Shown here one piece after another: positions 10,243-19,342 of a DNA stretch of 64,000 nucleotides (position 1 is its first letter; every line of letters starts with the position of its first letter). Under the pieces are notes generated by a model that was not told the origin of the DNA, did no database searches, and saw only the letters and a program-made list of their open reading frames with translations. The stretch lies in the IMG/VR virus record IMGVR_UViG_3300022602_000037; one strand, written 5' to 3'. Origin of the DNA: a virus. Both the position numbers and the translations under genes were made by a program.

Positions 10243-11000
10243 TAATGGGTTTACCTGGTTCAGGTAAGACTACACTAGCAAAAGCCCTGGCCTCTCGAAT
10301 AACTGCTTCTTGGTTTAATGCTGACGAAGTACGTAAACAATATAACGACTGGGACTTTAGTCACGAAGGACGCATCCGACAAAGCCATCGTATGCGAGAA
10401 CTAGCAGATGACAGCCATGCTAAATTTGTTATCTGCGATTTTGTAGCACCGCTGGTTGAAATGCGTAATAACTTCAAAGCAGATTGGACCATCTGGATAG
10501 ACACCATTCGAGAAGGACGTTATGCAGATACTAATGCAATGTTCCAAGAACCAGAATATTATGATTTTCGTATCACGGAACAGGATGCTGAAAAATGGGC
10601 AGACTTTATAGCTGATCACATCTTAGACAATCGCAGACGACCTACATTTGATTGGAAAAAAGAAACTGTGCAAATGTTAGGACGTTGGCAACCCTGGCAC
10701 GATGGTCATAGAGCTTTATTTGAAAGATTACTCGCCCGCACAGGACAAGTTGTTATTCAAGTGCGCGATGTACAAGGGTGGCAAGGATCTAATCCATTTG
10801 CCATAGACCAAGTTAAAAGTTTTATTTGTCGAGATTTAGATCCGCTGTATCAAGGACAATACGAAATACAAGTAGTACCCAATATCGTACATATCGGTTG
10901 GGGCCGAGGAGTAGGGTATACTAGCGGTGAAGAAGTATTCGATGATACGGTAACTGATATTAGTGCTACAAAAATTCGTAAAGAATTAGGATTAAAGTGA
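10218..11000 (+). CDS. Adenylylsulfate (APS) kinase-like domain fused to an HxGH nucleotidyltransferase domain
   Basis: N-terminal GLPGSGKTT, NADEVR, DFSHEGRIRQ, DFVAP, FQEPE (CysC-like). C-terminal GRWQPWHDGH and ISATKIR (cytidylyltransferase-like/HIGH superfamily). Confidence 0.75.
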   Translation: MEKPIRILIMGLPGSGKTTLAKALASRITASWFNADEVRKQYNDWDFSHEGRIRQSHRMRELADDSHAKFVICDFVAPLVEMRNNFKADWTIWIDTIREGRYADTNAMFQEPEYYDFRITEQDAEKWADFIADHILDNRRRPTFDWKKETVQMLGRWQPWHDGHRALFERLLARTGQVVIQVRDVQGWQGSNPFAIDQVKSFICRDLDPLYQGQYEIQVVPNIVHIGWGRGVGYTSGEEVFDDTVTDISATKIRKELGLK

Positions 11001-11182
11001 TTGTAATATTGAAAACGTTAACTTGGAGAATTATTGGCTCCACTTCGACGTTTCTAATAAGTTATATAATAACAGGTCAAGCATTTATTGCCACTAGTAT
11101 TGCAATTATGCAGATGGTAGTAAATACTATACTATATTACATACACGAACTAGTTTGGAACAAAGTAAAAAAGGGCCTATGA
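10997..11182 (+). CDS. DUF2061-like small membrane protein
   Basis: KTLTWRIIGS...LYYIHELVW pattern with two hydrophobic segments. Confidence 0.7.
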   Translation: MIVILKTLTWRIIGSTSTFLISYIITGQAFIATSIAIMQMVVNTILYYIHELVWNKVKKGL

Positions 11183-11193
11183 AGGCCCTTTTT
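11168..11193. terminator. Bidirectional intrinsic terminator
   Basis: AAAAAGGGCCT-atga-AGGCCCTTTTT between convergent DUF2061 and phoH. Confidence 0.75.
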
Positions 11194-11221
11194 AATGACA
11201 ATCTAAAATAGCTAGGCTATT

Positions 11222-11941
11222 TTATTCTCCATAAACCGCTAACACCTCCTTCACGGCATTATGGCGTTCGATGTCCTTGGCTTCAAATCGAATGATATCG
11301 ATATGTTCCAAATATTCCTTTTGTTCTAGTAGATTGCAAAAATCAATCAAACCGTTATCGCTCAAACGGTCTGCTTGTGCCAAGTCTCCTGTAACAACCA
11401 TCTTACTGCCCTCTCCTAGACGAGTCAGTAACATCTTCATTTGATTAATTGTGGCATTTTGCATTTCGTCTGCTACTATATATGCATTTTTGAATGTGCG
11501 GCCTCGCATATAGGCCAACGGACTTATTTCAATAACACCTTCCTCTAGCATTTTTGCTATTTCTTTAGTTTGATAATATTCGCCCAAGACGTCAAATATA
11601 GGACGAGTCCATGGTGCCATTTTTTCATTTAAGTCACCTGGCAAAAATCCTAAATCTTCATCTACGGACACGGCGGGTCTTGTTACCACGATCTTGTCAA
11701 CCTTGCCTTCCTGGAATAACTTAATCCCGTATTGTACGGCTAGCATGGTTTTACCCGTGCCAGCAGGGCCAATAGCAAGTACTATGCTAGTGGATTCTGC
11801 GTACAGTTTGCTGAGATAAAGTTTTTGATTAGAGTTTCGTGCGTTGATACTGACACGAGTTTTCTTCTGAGGAAGATATGGTTGGAAATCAATGATATTA
11901 ACTTCTGATGTAAAACGCTTTTTCACTCGTTGTTTACTCAT
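11222..11941 (-). CDS. phoH: PhoH-family ATPase
   Basis: GPAGTGKT, TRPAV, LGFLPGDL.EKM.PW, PLAYMRGRTF, DEMQN, LTRLGEGSK, GDLAQAD, RH motif. Confidence 0.95.
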   Translation of the reverse strand: MSKQRVKKRFTSEVNIIDFQPYLPQKKTRVSINARNSNQKLYLSKLYAESTSIVLAIGPAGTGKTMLAVQYGIKLFQEGKVDKIVVTRPAVSVDEDLGFLPGDLNEKMAPWTRPIFDVLGEYYQTKEIAKMLEEGVIEISPLAYMRGRTFKNAYIVADEMQNATINQMKMLLTRLGEGSKMVVTGDLAQADRLSDNGLIDFCNLLEQKEYLEHIDIIRFEAKDIERHNAVKEVLAVYGE

Positions 11942-12068
11942 TAAAGTTGCTCCTACTTTATTGTTAAAGTAAGACTTGTAGTGACCGCCCTGATAACTAC
12001 AGAGGTCCTACACTATTATTTAACGAATACTACAAATAATAAACTGTTATGTTATGATTTGAAACCAG

Positions 12069-12075
12069 CTAAATA
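12069..12075 (+). promoter_or_regulatory. T4-late-like promoter motif (NTAAATA), representative copy
   Basis: Same core upstream of genes at 14769-14775, 19971-19977, 22264-22270, 25239-25245, 48232-48238, 49001-49007, 53651-53658, and on the minus strand at 12017-12023 and 61042-61048. Resembles T4 late TATAAATA. Confidence 0.55.
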
Positions 12076-12101
12076 AGTATAGAGGAACCTGGGATAACAA
12101 T

Positions 12102-12665
12102 ATGCATCATGACATTTTAGACGTTATTAAAAATATAGAAGATCTTTATGAAAATAACAGCAGTTTAGCTGTTCTTAAAGACTTTGAACGTGTTCTAGAC
12201 GAAATGGACATGTATGTGTACGAAAACTGGGAAGACGGTGAGTTAGCCTACGGTCCTAAAGTAGATCGTCACTGGATCACAGCAGGTTTCATGTGGGATA
12301 AAGATAAAATGCCTAATCCTGTGGCAGCCAAACGATTAACAGAATTAGGCTGTAAAGTTACATATCAGAAGAGCCATTTGCTAGAACCACGCAAGATACG
12401 CACTCCAGAAGATATTAGACCGAATAGTAAAAAAGGTCGGTTAGATCGTAAACCCATTTGGATTGTAGAAATTACAATGCCTAAAAAAGTAGCCTTTGAT
12501 ATGTATAAGGGCTATATGGACAAGATGAAAAATGAAAACAGACAGCCTGGATCAGGTCCTGGAGAAGCACAAGCGCCGGGAGCCGCACCTGCACCGGCAG
12601 CGCCAGCGGCACCAGGAGGAGCGCCAGCAGGTGGTGGAGCAAATCCAGCAGCCGCACCAGCATAA
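12102..12665 (+). CDS. Hypothetical protein with Ala/Pro/Gly-rich C-terminal tail
   Basis: 187 aa downstream of a late-type promoter. Confidence 0.7.
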   Translation: MHHDILDVIKNIEDLYENNSSLAVLKDFERVLDEMDMYVYENWEDGELAYGPKVDRHWITAGFMWDKDKMPNPVAAKRLTELGCKVTYQKSHLLEPRKIRTPEDIRPNSKKGRLDRKPIWIVEITMPKKVAFDMYKGYMDKMKNENRQPGSGPGEAQAPGAAPAPAAPAAPGGAPAGGGANPAAAPA

Positions 12666-12675
12666 GGAATATAGC

Positions 12676-13407
12676 ATGAGCTTAAATGAAAGTTTACGTG
12701 CGGATGATTTAAGAGATCTTGTTAAAAAAGTTTTCGAGATCGATAGTTTCAAAAGTAAATTAGGAAACGATGAGGATGTTTGTGTACTAAGTTTTACTGT
12801 GGAACATGAAGATCCTGCTAAAGATTTAGAAAATTTTATTGAGATGGGCTACGATTTTGTATTAGATGCAGATTGTACACCCGGCGAACTAGACAGTGGA
12901 AAATATCGTGTATATGTAGAGTTAGAACGTACACGCAATGTTGCAGATCAGATATTTGAAATTATCGAAGGTATTAAAAAATTAACTGGATTATCTGAAA
13001 TGAGATTTCGTTATTTCAAAAGTTTCAAGAGTATGACTGCTACTGAAGAAAATCTAAAACTACTAGTACCAAAAGATAAAAACGAATACAGAACTGTTAC
13101 AGAAAAAAATAAATTAGATAATTTTAGTAATTTCTTTAGTAATAGTTACGCAGATAGTTTAGATGTAATGGAAGAAAGCATTACTTTCAAAAGACCTTTT
13201 AGCGGAAATGTAACATTTAATATATTAAATAGTGGTAGTAAACAAGAAATATATGAAAGTATCAAAGGACCAATTGTATTACAAACAAAAGATATGTCAG
13301 AAGTCATGTTCTTAACTAAAGTAATAGGAAATTATAATATTACTAAAATTGGTACTACCTTTATATTTGAAAATAAAAACTGGGCTGTTGCCCTTGAAAG
13401 GAAATAA
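12676..13407 (+). CDS. Hypothetical protein (probably head/virion related)
   Basis: Start reassigned to ATG 12676 (SD AAGGA). N-terminus MSLNESL. Confidence 0.65.
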   Translation: MSLNESLRADDLRDLVKKVFEIDSFKSKLGNDEDVCVLSFTVEHEDPAKDLENFIEMGYDFVLDADCTPGELDSGKYRVYVELERTRNVADQIFEIIEGIKKLTGLSEMRFRYFKSFKSMTATEENLKLLVPKDKNEYRTVTEKNKLDNFSNFFSNSYADSLDVMEESITFKRPFSGNVTFNILNSGSKQEIYESIKGPIVLQTKDMSEVMFLTKVIGNYNITKIGTTFIFENKNWAVALERK

Positions 13408-13409
13408 TA

Positions 13410-14039
13410 ATGGCAGATTTTACGTTTGATTTTAGTTTAGATAAGTGTAGAGCAATTCTACAAAATAATCAATATAGCGAACACTGGCACGAAGCATTGT
13501 GTAAAATTCTACCCGACTACGATATTAATACACCAGAACGTGTGGCTTGTTTCTTAGGTCAAACCATGGTAGAATCAGCTGGTTATACAGCTATTATTGA
13601 AAATCTAAACTATCGTCCAGAAACCCTTATGAAGGTATGGCCACACTATTTTCCAACAATGGAAATAGCACAGCAATATGGTCATCATCCAGAACAAATT
13701 GCTAACCGTGCTTATGCTAATCGTATGGGAAACGGTCCGGAAGAATCTGGAGATGGTTGGAAATTCTGCGGTCGTGGATTGATTCAAATTACAGGTAAAG
13801 ACAATTATAGCCGTTTTGCCGAAAGTATAGACACTCCATTAGAAGATATTCCAGAATTCCTAACAACATTTGAAGGTTGTGTACAATCGGCTTGCTGGTT
13901 CTGGGAAGCTAATAATCTAAATGATCTAGCAGACAAAGGCGATGTACTAGGACTTACTAAGAAAATCAATGGCGGTACCTTAGGACTGGCCGAACGTCAA
14001 CAACATACAGCTAATGCACATCAAGTGCTACAAGGTTAA
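13410..14039 (+). CDS. Endolysin, glycoside hydrolase family 19
   Basis: FLGQTMVES, ENLNY, YANRMGNG, GDGWKFCGRGLIQITGKDNY, SACWFW, TKKINGG. Confidence 0.9.
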   Translation: MADFTFDFSLDKCRAILQNNQYSEHWHEALCKILPDYDINTPERVACFLGQTMVESAGYTAIIENLNYRPETLMKVWPHYFPTMEIAQQYGHHPEQIANRAYANRMGNGPEESGDGWKFCGRGLIQITGKDNYSRFAESIDTPLEDIPEFLTTFEGCVQSACWFWEANNLNDLADKGDVLGLTKKINGGTLGLAERQQHTANAHQVLQG

Positions 14040-14041
14040 TT

Positions 14042-14500
14042 ATGTTTAGTTGGCTAATAGAACAAGCATTAGGTCATTTGCCAGTATGGCTATGGCCAGC
14101 TGTAGCAGGTGCAGGAACTGCTGTTTATTTTCTTGCTCATTTGTTATCAAATTTTCCTAATTTCAAACCTTATGCGTTGTTTATTAAACCTGTAGCATTT
14201 ATAATAATACTTGTAGGTGTTTTTATGTACGGGGGTGCTGGTGTTACAGAAATACTGCAAGCACAGATTAAAGAACAAGAAGCTAAGATAGCAGTTGCTC
14301 AACAAGCTAGTTCGGATGCCAACACAGCAGTACAAACAAAAATTGTAACACATACTAAAGTTATACATGATACACAAGTAGTTTATCAAGAAAAAATTAA
14401 AGAAGTTGAAAAGAAAATAGATGCAGATTGCAAAATAGATACAGAAGCTATAAGCATTCTAAATGGTGCCGCTAAAAATCCATTAGGAGCAACAAAATGA
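14042..14500 (+). CDS. Inner-membrane spanin (Rz-like)
   Basis: N-terminal TM helices, periplasmic coiled coil, C-terminal Cys. Lies between endolysin and a lipoprotein. Confidence 0.65.
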   Translation: MFSWLIEQALGHLPVWLWPAVAGAGTAVYFLAHLLSNFPNFKPYALFIKPVAFIIILVGVFMYGGAGVTEILQAQIKEQEAKIAVAQQASSDANTAVQTKIVTHTKVIHDTQVVYQEKIKEVEKKIDADCKIDTEAISILNGAAKNPLGATK

Positions 14501-14772
14501 AACAATTAATAGTTGCCTCCCTAATTGTATTATTAACCGGTTGTTCAAGTGTAACTGGGCCTAAAATGTCAATGACTTGGCCAGATACGCCTCCAGATCT
14601 TAAAACTTCATGTGCAGATCTAGCACAGGTTGATCCTAACACAACTAAATTGAGCGATGCATTAAATGTAATTACTTCAAATTATAGCCAATACTATCTT
14701 TGTAAAGACAAAGTAGATAACTGGTTAGATTGGTATAGTACACAGCAGAAAATATATAATAGTATTAAATAA
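14497..14772 (+). CDS. Outer-membrane spanin lipoprotein (Rz1-like)
   Basis: Signal peptide with lipobox LLTGC, Pro-rich WPDTPPDL, two further Cys. Confidence 0.7.
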   Translation: MKQLIVASLIVLLTGCSSVTGPKMSMTWPDTPPDLKTSCADLAQVDPNTTKLSDALNVITSNYSQYYLCKDKVDNWLDWYSTQQKIYNSIK

Positions 14773-14801
14773 ATACGTATATAAAGACAAAGGAGCGAGC
14801 A

Positions 14802-15467
14802 ATGTCAGAAAAAAGAGATAACGCAGAATGGATGCAAAGATTGTGGCGTCCGGCAATGGGGTGGATGTATATGCTAATCTGTTTATTAGATATGGCAGTA
14901 TTTCCAGTTCTTTGGGCCTTATGGCAAGGTATTAATCATACACCAATCACACAGTGGAATCCTCTAACACTACAAGGTGCTGGCTTATTCCATATTGCTA
15001 TGGGTGCCGTTTTAGGTATCAGTGCATTTGGTCGTACACAAGAAAAACTAGCAGGTACAGCCGCAAATCCAACTGCTACAAGTCAAACTATCACTAACAA
15101 TCAAAATATGTCAGGCAATGTCGCTGGAGGGTTTGGAAGTGGCCAAGGTAGTATGGGCGGAGGATTTGGCGGATCATCAGGAGGATTTGGCGGTGGAAAC
15201 TCATCATTTGGCGGGGCTCCAGCATTTGGCGCACCTGCGGCAGGAGGATTCGGTTCCTCAACCGGTGGCTTTGGTTCATCAACACCAAACAGTAGCTTCG
15301 GCGGAGGCGGCTTTGGAAGCACACCTTCAACAACAACACCCCCAGCATCAACAGGAGGTTTTGGATCGGGTTTTAACAGCGGGTCAGGAGCAACACCCGC
15401 TACAACGCCAGCAGTAACAGCTAGCGGTAAGAAAGTTGTTCCAACAGCAGATCAACCTGCTTTATAA
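14802..15467 (+). CDS. Holin (3TM/GTA-holin-like) with long FG-repeat C-terminal tail
   Basis: WRPAMGWMY...LFHIAMGAVLGISAFGRTQEK membrane domain, located in the lysis cassette. C-terminal half is low-complexity with 10 FG dipeptides. Confidence 0.7.
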   Translation: MSEKRDNAEWMQRLWRPAMGWMYMLICLLDMAVFPVLWALWQGINHTPITQWNPLTLQGAGLFHIAMGAVLGISAFGRTQEKLAGTAANPTATSQTITNNQNMSGNVAGGFGSGQGSMGGGFGGSSGGFGGGNSSFGGAPAFGAPAAGGFGSSTGGFGSSTPNSSFGGGGFGSTPSTTTPPASTGGFGSGFNSGSGATPATTPAVTASGKKVVPTADQPAL

Positions 15468-15477
15468 GGAAAATATT

Positions 15478-15645
15478 ATGAAAAAATTATTAGCATTTTT
15501 AATAGCTAGTTGTGTATTAGCTAGTCCAGTATTAGCAACTGAAAAAGCTAAGGCTCCTGTAAAAAAAGAAGTTAAGCACCACAAAAAAGCAGAAGGCACA
15601 GAAATTGCTGGTACAAAACCAGATACAGCAAAAAAGAAAAAGTAA
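15478..15645 (+). CDS. Small secreted Lys-rich protein
   Basis: ATG 15478 after AAGGA. Signal peptide MKKLLAFLIASCVLASPVLA. Confidence 0.6.
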   Translation: MKKLLAFLIASCVLASPVLATEKAKAPVKKEVKHHKKAEGTEIAGTKPDTAKKKK

Positions 15646-15654
15646 ACCAAAAAC

Positions 15655-15706
15655 TTGACAGGCTCCATTAATGATAGTATAATTACTGTTATTAATGGAG
15701 TTTTTT
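15655..15706 (+). promoter_or_regulatory. Consensus sigma70 promoter (TTGACA-17-TATAAT) overlapped by a terminator-like hairpin
   Basis: TTGACA 15655-15660, TATAAT 15678-15683. CTCCATTAAT...ATTAATGGAG stem followed by a T tract. Confidence 0.75.
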
Positions 15707-15713
15707 TACGACT

Positions 15714-16598
15714 ATGACTGATTATTACCAAACATTAGGTGTTAGCGAAAATGCTAGCCCGGAAGAAATAAAAAAAGCATACCGAACTTTGGCTAATAAA
15801 CACCACCCAGACAAGGGCGGAGATCAAGCCAAATTCAAAGATATTAGTGTTGCCTACGATAATCTAGGCGATCCACAAAAACGTGCAGAATACGACCAAC
15901 AACGACAATTTGGTCATGGGCAACAATTCCATTTCCATACAGGCAATCCTTTTGGCGGTGCAGATCCTTTTGGAGCTATGTTCGGAGCTGGCGGTAGTCC
16001 GTTTCCACAAGGTCATCCATTTAATGATTTATTTGGCAGAGCACGTGGTGGCGGTACAATGCGTAAGAACAGAGATCTAAATATACAATGTACTGTTAGT
16101 TTTGTAGATTCTTATCTAGGAAAACAATTAGAAGCAAACTATAGATTGCCTAGTGGTAAAAATCAAAATGTGGTAATTAATGTTCCGGCCGGTATCACTC
16201 ATGGGGACACTATACGATACCAAGGCCTAGGTGATGATAGTATTCCTAATATCCAGCGAGGGGATTTGAATGTAACTATTTTGGTGCAACCCGATCCTAT
16301 GTTTAGTCGAAATGGGGATGACCTATATACCACATTGTTTATAAATCCTATCGAAGCTATGATTGGTTGTAAGAAATCAATTACCACTATTTCTGGAGGA
16401 TCGATGGATTTAGAAATTCGGCCAGGTGTTGAACATGGTACAGAATTTGCCGCTGGAGGCAATGGATTTACCAATGTAAATACCGGAAGAAAAGGCAGAT
16501 TTGTCACCGTGATCAATATTAGAACACCAGCTATTATCGATCCAGCACTAGTAGCAAGATTGCGAGACATTAATGCTGACATTAATAACATCTCCTAA
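15714..16598 (+). CDS. dnaJ: DnaJ-class co-chaperone (type II/CbpA-like, no Zn finger)
   Basis: DYYQTLGV, HPD motif, G/F-rich linker, DnaJ C-terminal domain. Confidence 0.9.
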   Translation: MTDYYQTLGVSENASPEEIKKAYRTLANKHHPDKGGDQAKFKDISVAYDNLGDPQKRAEYDQQRQFGHGQQFHFHTGNPFGGADPFGAMFGAGGSPFPQGHPFNDLFGRARGGGTMRKNRDLNIQCTVSFVDSYLGKQLEANYRLPSGKNQNVVINVPAGITHGDTIRYQGLGDDSIPNIQRGDLNVTILVQPDPMFSRNGDDLYTTLFINPIEAMIGCKKSITTISGGSMDLEIRPGVEHGTEFAAGGNGFTNVNTGRKGRFVTVINIRTPAIIDPALVARLRDINADINNIS

Positions 16599-17070
16599 TC
16601 CAATATTAAAAACTCCTGCTGTTGATTGGGACTTCAGTCAACTGAACGATGCGGCATGGGTTGAAAAAGAAATGATCGAAATTATGAAGAAGTCAAACGG
16701 TCGCGGACTTGCGGCTAATCAAGTTGGACTACTTAAACGTGTATTCATAATTCAGTTAGAAGGGCATCCTACTCCTACTGCCATGTTTAATCCTGTTGTT
16801 AAATTTTCAAGTGAAGTTACAGAGAAGGGAGAGGAAGGGTGTTTAAGTTTTCCCGATCTTTGGTTAAATATTGAACGTCCTGTAGCACTTGATGCCGAAT
16901 ACCTTGACAACACTGGAAAAAAGTGTACAATATCACTTGTAGGCATTGATGCTAGATGTTTTTTACACGAATTAGATCACTTAAATGGAGTTTGTTTTAC
17001 AGATAAAATGAGTCCATTAAAATTAGCATTAGCAATTAAAAAACAAAAGAAAAGGAAACGTAATGGTTGA
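16573..17070 (+). CDS. def: Peptide deformylase
   Basis: GRGLAANQVG, EGCLS, HELDHLNG motifs. Confidence 0.93.
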   Translation: MLTLITSPNPILKTPAVDWDFSQLNDAAWVEKEMIEIMKKSNGRGLAANQVGLLKRVFIIQLEGHPTPTAMFNPVVKFSSEVTEKGEEGCLSFPDLWLNIERPVALDAEYLDNTGKKCTISLVGIDARCFLHELDHLNGVCFTDKMSPLKLALAIKKQKKRKRNG

Positions 17071-19342
17071 ACCAAGCGATAATTTACAAGCAGTATTTGA
17101 ACAAGCAATAGATACTGCTAAAAAATTACATCATGAATATTTAACAATAGAGCATCTTTTATTTGCCATGTTAAATGACAGCGATTTCACATCTACTGTT
17201 TCTAAATTTGGCGGGAACCCCGACGAACTAAAAAAGGATTTAACAGATTATTTGCAAAATAAATGTGCAGAAATAACTATTACTGATGTTGTAATAAAAC
17301 CTAAAAAAACACAAGCAGTAGAACGTGTGCTCAATAGAGCGTTTACTCAGACATTGTTTAACGGTCGTCAGCGCATCGAACCCACAGATATTTTTATGGC
17401 TATGATGGTGGAAAAACGTAGCTGGGCACAATATTATATTAACAAAGCACAAATTGATAAAGATAAATTTGCCGATTATTTGAATAATAGTGTCGAAGAA
17501 CAGGAAGAAGAAGGACCCGGGGATCAGCAAGGAGAACGTGCATTAAAAGCATTTACTACTGATCTCAATGATATGGTTACCAAGAAAAAGGTTGATCCAG
17601 TTATCGGTCGTGTGGATGAACTTGAAAATATTGCATTAGCTCTCGGCCGACGTAGTAAAAACAATGTAATCCTTGTGGGCGATCCAGGCGTAGGAAAAAC
17701 TGCCATAGCAGAAGGTCTTGCGTTTAATATAGTTAATGGTGCGGTTCCAGATTTCCTTAAGGATTATAAAGTCTACAGTTTAGATATTTCAGCTATGCTG
17801 GCCGGTAGTAAGTATCGCGGTGACTTTGAAGAACGATTCAAGCATGTTATCAAAGCATTGCAAAAGAAAGGCAAAACTGTCTTGTTTATCGATGAAGCAC
17901 ACATGATTTCAGGTGCAGGATCTGCCAGCAACTCTGCTAACGATCTTGCCAACATGATGAAACCTGCGCTGAGTAAAGGTAATATTAAAGTTGTAGCATC
18001 GACTACTTGGGAAGAATATCGTAAACACTTTGAAAAGGATCGTGCGTTAATGCGTCGTTTCCAACGTATTACTGTCGACGAGCCTACTCAAGAAATGACT
18101 TATAGCATATTACAGGGTATTAAAAAGTATTACGAAGGTTTTCATAACGTTAAAATTCGTAATGATGCTATCCATGCGGCCATCAAGTTAAGCGTCAAAT
18201 ATCAAGCAGATAAAAAATTACCAGATAAGGCTATCGATTTGATTGATGTAGCTTGCAGTCGTTTTAATTTGAAACTTGCTGACGAACGTGTTATTGGTGA
18301 ACACGAAATTCAATATGAACTTGCTAAAATGATTCAAATGCCTGAAGAAAAAATTATGGAAACCGAATCAAGCAATCTTGCTAGCCTACAGGATAATTTA
18401 CAATCCGAAGTTTATGGACAAGATATTGCAATTACAGAAATTGTAGATAAGATCATGGTGGCACAAGCTGGCCTTAAATCCGAAAACAAACCAATCGGTA
18501 GTTTTGTATTCATGGGCCCAACTGGCACTGGTAAAACTGAAACAGCTAAATCTTTAGCTAAGAATTTAGGTGTTAAGTTGTTGCGATATGATATGAGTGA
18601 ATATCAAGAAAAGCACAGCATCAGTAAGTTGATTGGTAGTCCTCCAGGTTATGTTGGCTTTGAAGAGAACGCTGGCCTATTGATAACTCAAATTCAAGAA
18701 TCTCCTAATGCTGTTTTATTACTTGATGAAATTGAAAAAGCACATCCCGATGTTATGACTGTGCTATTACAAGTTATGGATAACGGTTTCATCACTGGGT
18801 CAAACGGCAAACAAGCTGATTGTCGTAATTTGATTCTTATCCTAACTACTAATGCTGGTGCTCAAGATGCTGAAAAGAATGCCATTGGGTTTGGCGGACA
18901 AGAAAAAACCTACAGCGATGCCGATTTGAAGAAATTCTTGACTCCTGAATTCCGTAATCGTTTAGATGGTATTGTTACATTTAGCAAACTAACTAAAGAT
19001 ACAATGATTCGTATTGTTATTAAATTTATTGACGAATTACGTGCTCAAGTTAAAGAAAAAGGTATTAAAGTCAAGATAGATAAGGAAAGTACTAATTGGC
19101 TTATTACCAAAGGGTTTGATAGCAAGATGGGTGCTCGTCCGTTACAACGTGTTATTGATAAAGAAATCAAACGTCCGTTGGCAAAACTTATGTTGTTTGG
19201 CGAGCTAAAGAATGGCGGAGTATTATCTATTAACGTTAACAATGATCAATTAGTGTTAGTACCAACTCCTAAAGAAAATAAAATAGCACTACTTACTGTT
19301 GACTCTACTAATGTTATTACAGAAGGCCAGGATGTTTTATAA
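17063..19342 (+). CDS. clpA: ClpA-like AAA+ unfoldase
   Basis: Clp N-domain (HEYLTIEHLL), two AAA modules (GDPGVGKT; GPTGTGKT), KYRGDFEER, GSPPGYVG, ClpP-docking IGF loop. No ClpB middle domain. Confidence 0.92.
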   Translation: MVEPSDNLQAVFEQAIDTAKKLHHEYLTIEHLLFAMLNDSDFTSTVSKFGGNPDELKKDLTDYLQNKCAEITITDVVIKPKKTQAVERVLNRAFTQTLFNGRQRIEPTDIFMAMMVEKRSWAQYYINKAQIDKDKFADYLNNSVEEQEEEGPGDQQGERALKAFTTDLNDMVTKKKVDPVIGRVDELENIALALGRRSKNNVILVGDPGVGKTAIAEGLAFNIVNGAVPDFLKDYKVYSLDISAMLAGSKYRGDFEERFKHVIKALQKKGKTVLFIDEAHMISGAGSASNSANDLANMMKPALSKGNIKVVASTTWEEYRKHFEKDRALMRRFQRITVDEPTQEMTYSILQGIKKYYEGFHNVKIRNDAIHAAIKLSVKYQADKKLPDKAIDLIDVACSRFNLKLADERVIGEHEIQYELAKMIQMPEEKIMETESSNLASLQDNLQSEVYGQDIAITEIVDKIMVAQAGLKSENKPIGSFVFMGPTGTGKTETAKSLAKNLGVKLLRYDMSEYQEKHSISKLIGSPPGYVGFEENAGLLITQIQESPNAVLLLDEIEKAHPDVMTVLLQVMDNGFITGSNGKQADCRNLILILTTNAGAQDAEKNAIGFGGQEKTYSDADLKKFLTPEFRNRLDGIVTFSKLTKDTMIRIVIKFIDELRAQVKEKGIKVKIDKESTNWLITKGFDSKMGARPLQRVIDKEIKRPLAKLMLFGELKNGGVLSINVNNDQLVLVPTPKENKIALLTVDSTNVITEGQDVL

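Noticed and set aside
12532-12675. N-terminal extension of the 12532-13407 ORF (H/Q/R-rich)
   Set aside because: It is the alternative frame of the Ala/Pro-rich tail of 12102-12665; a good SD and ATG lie at 12676.
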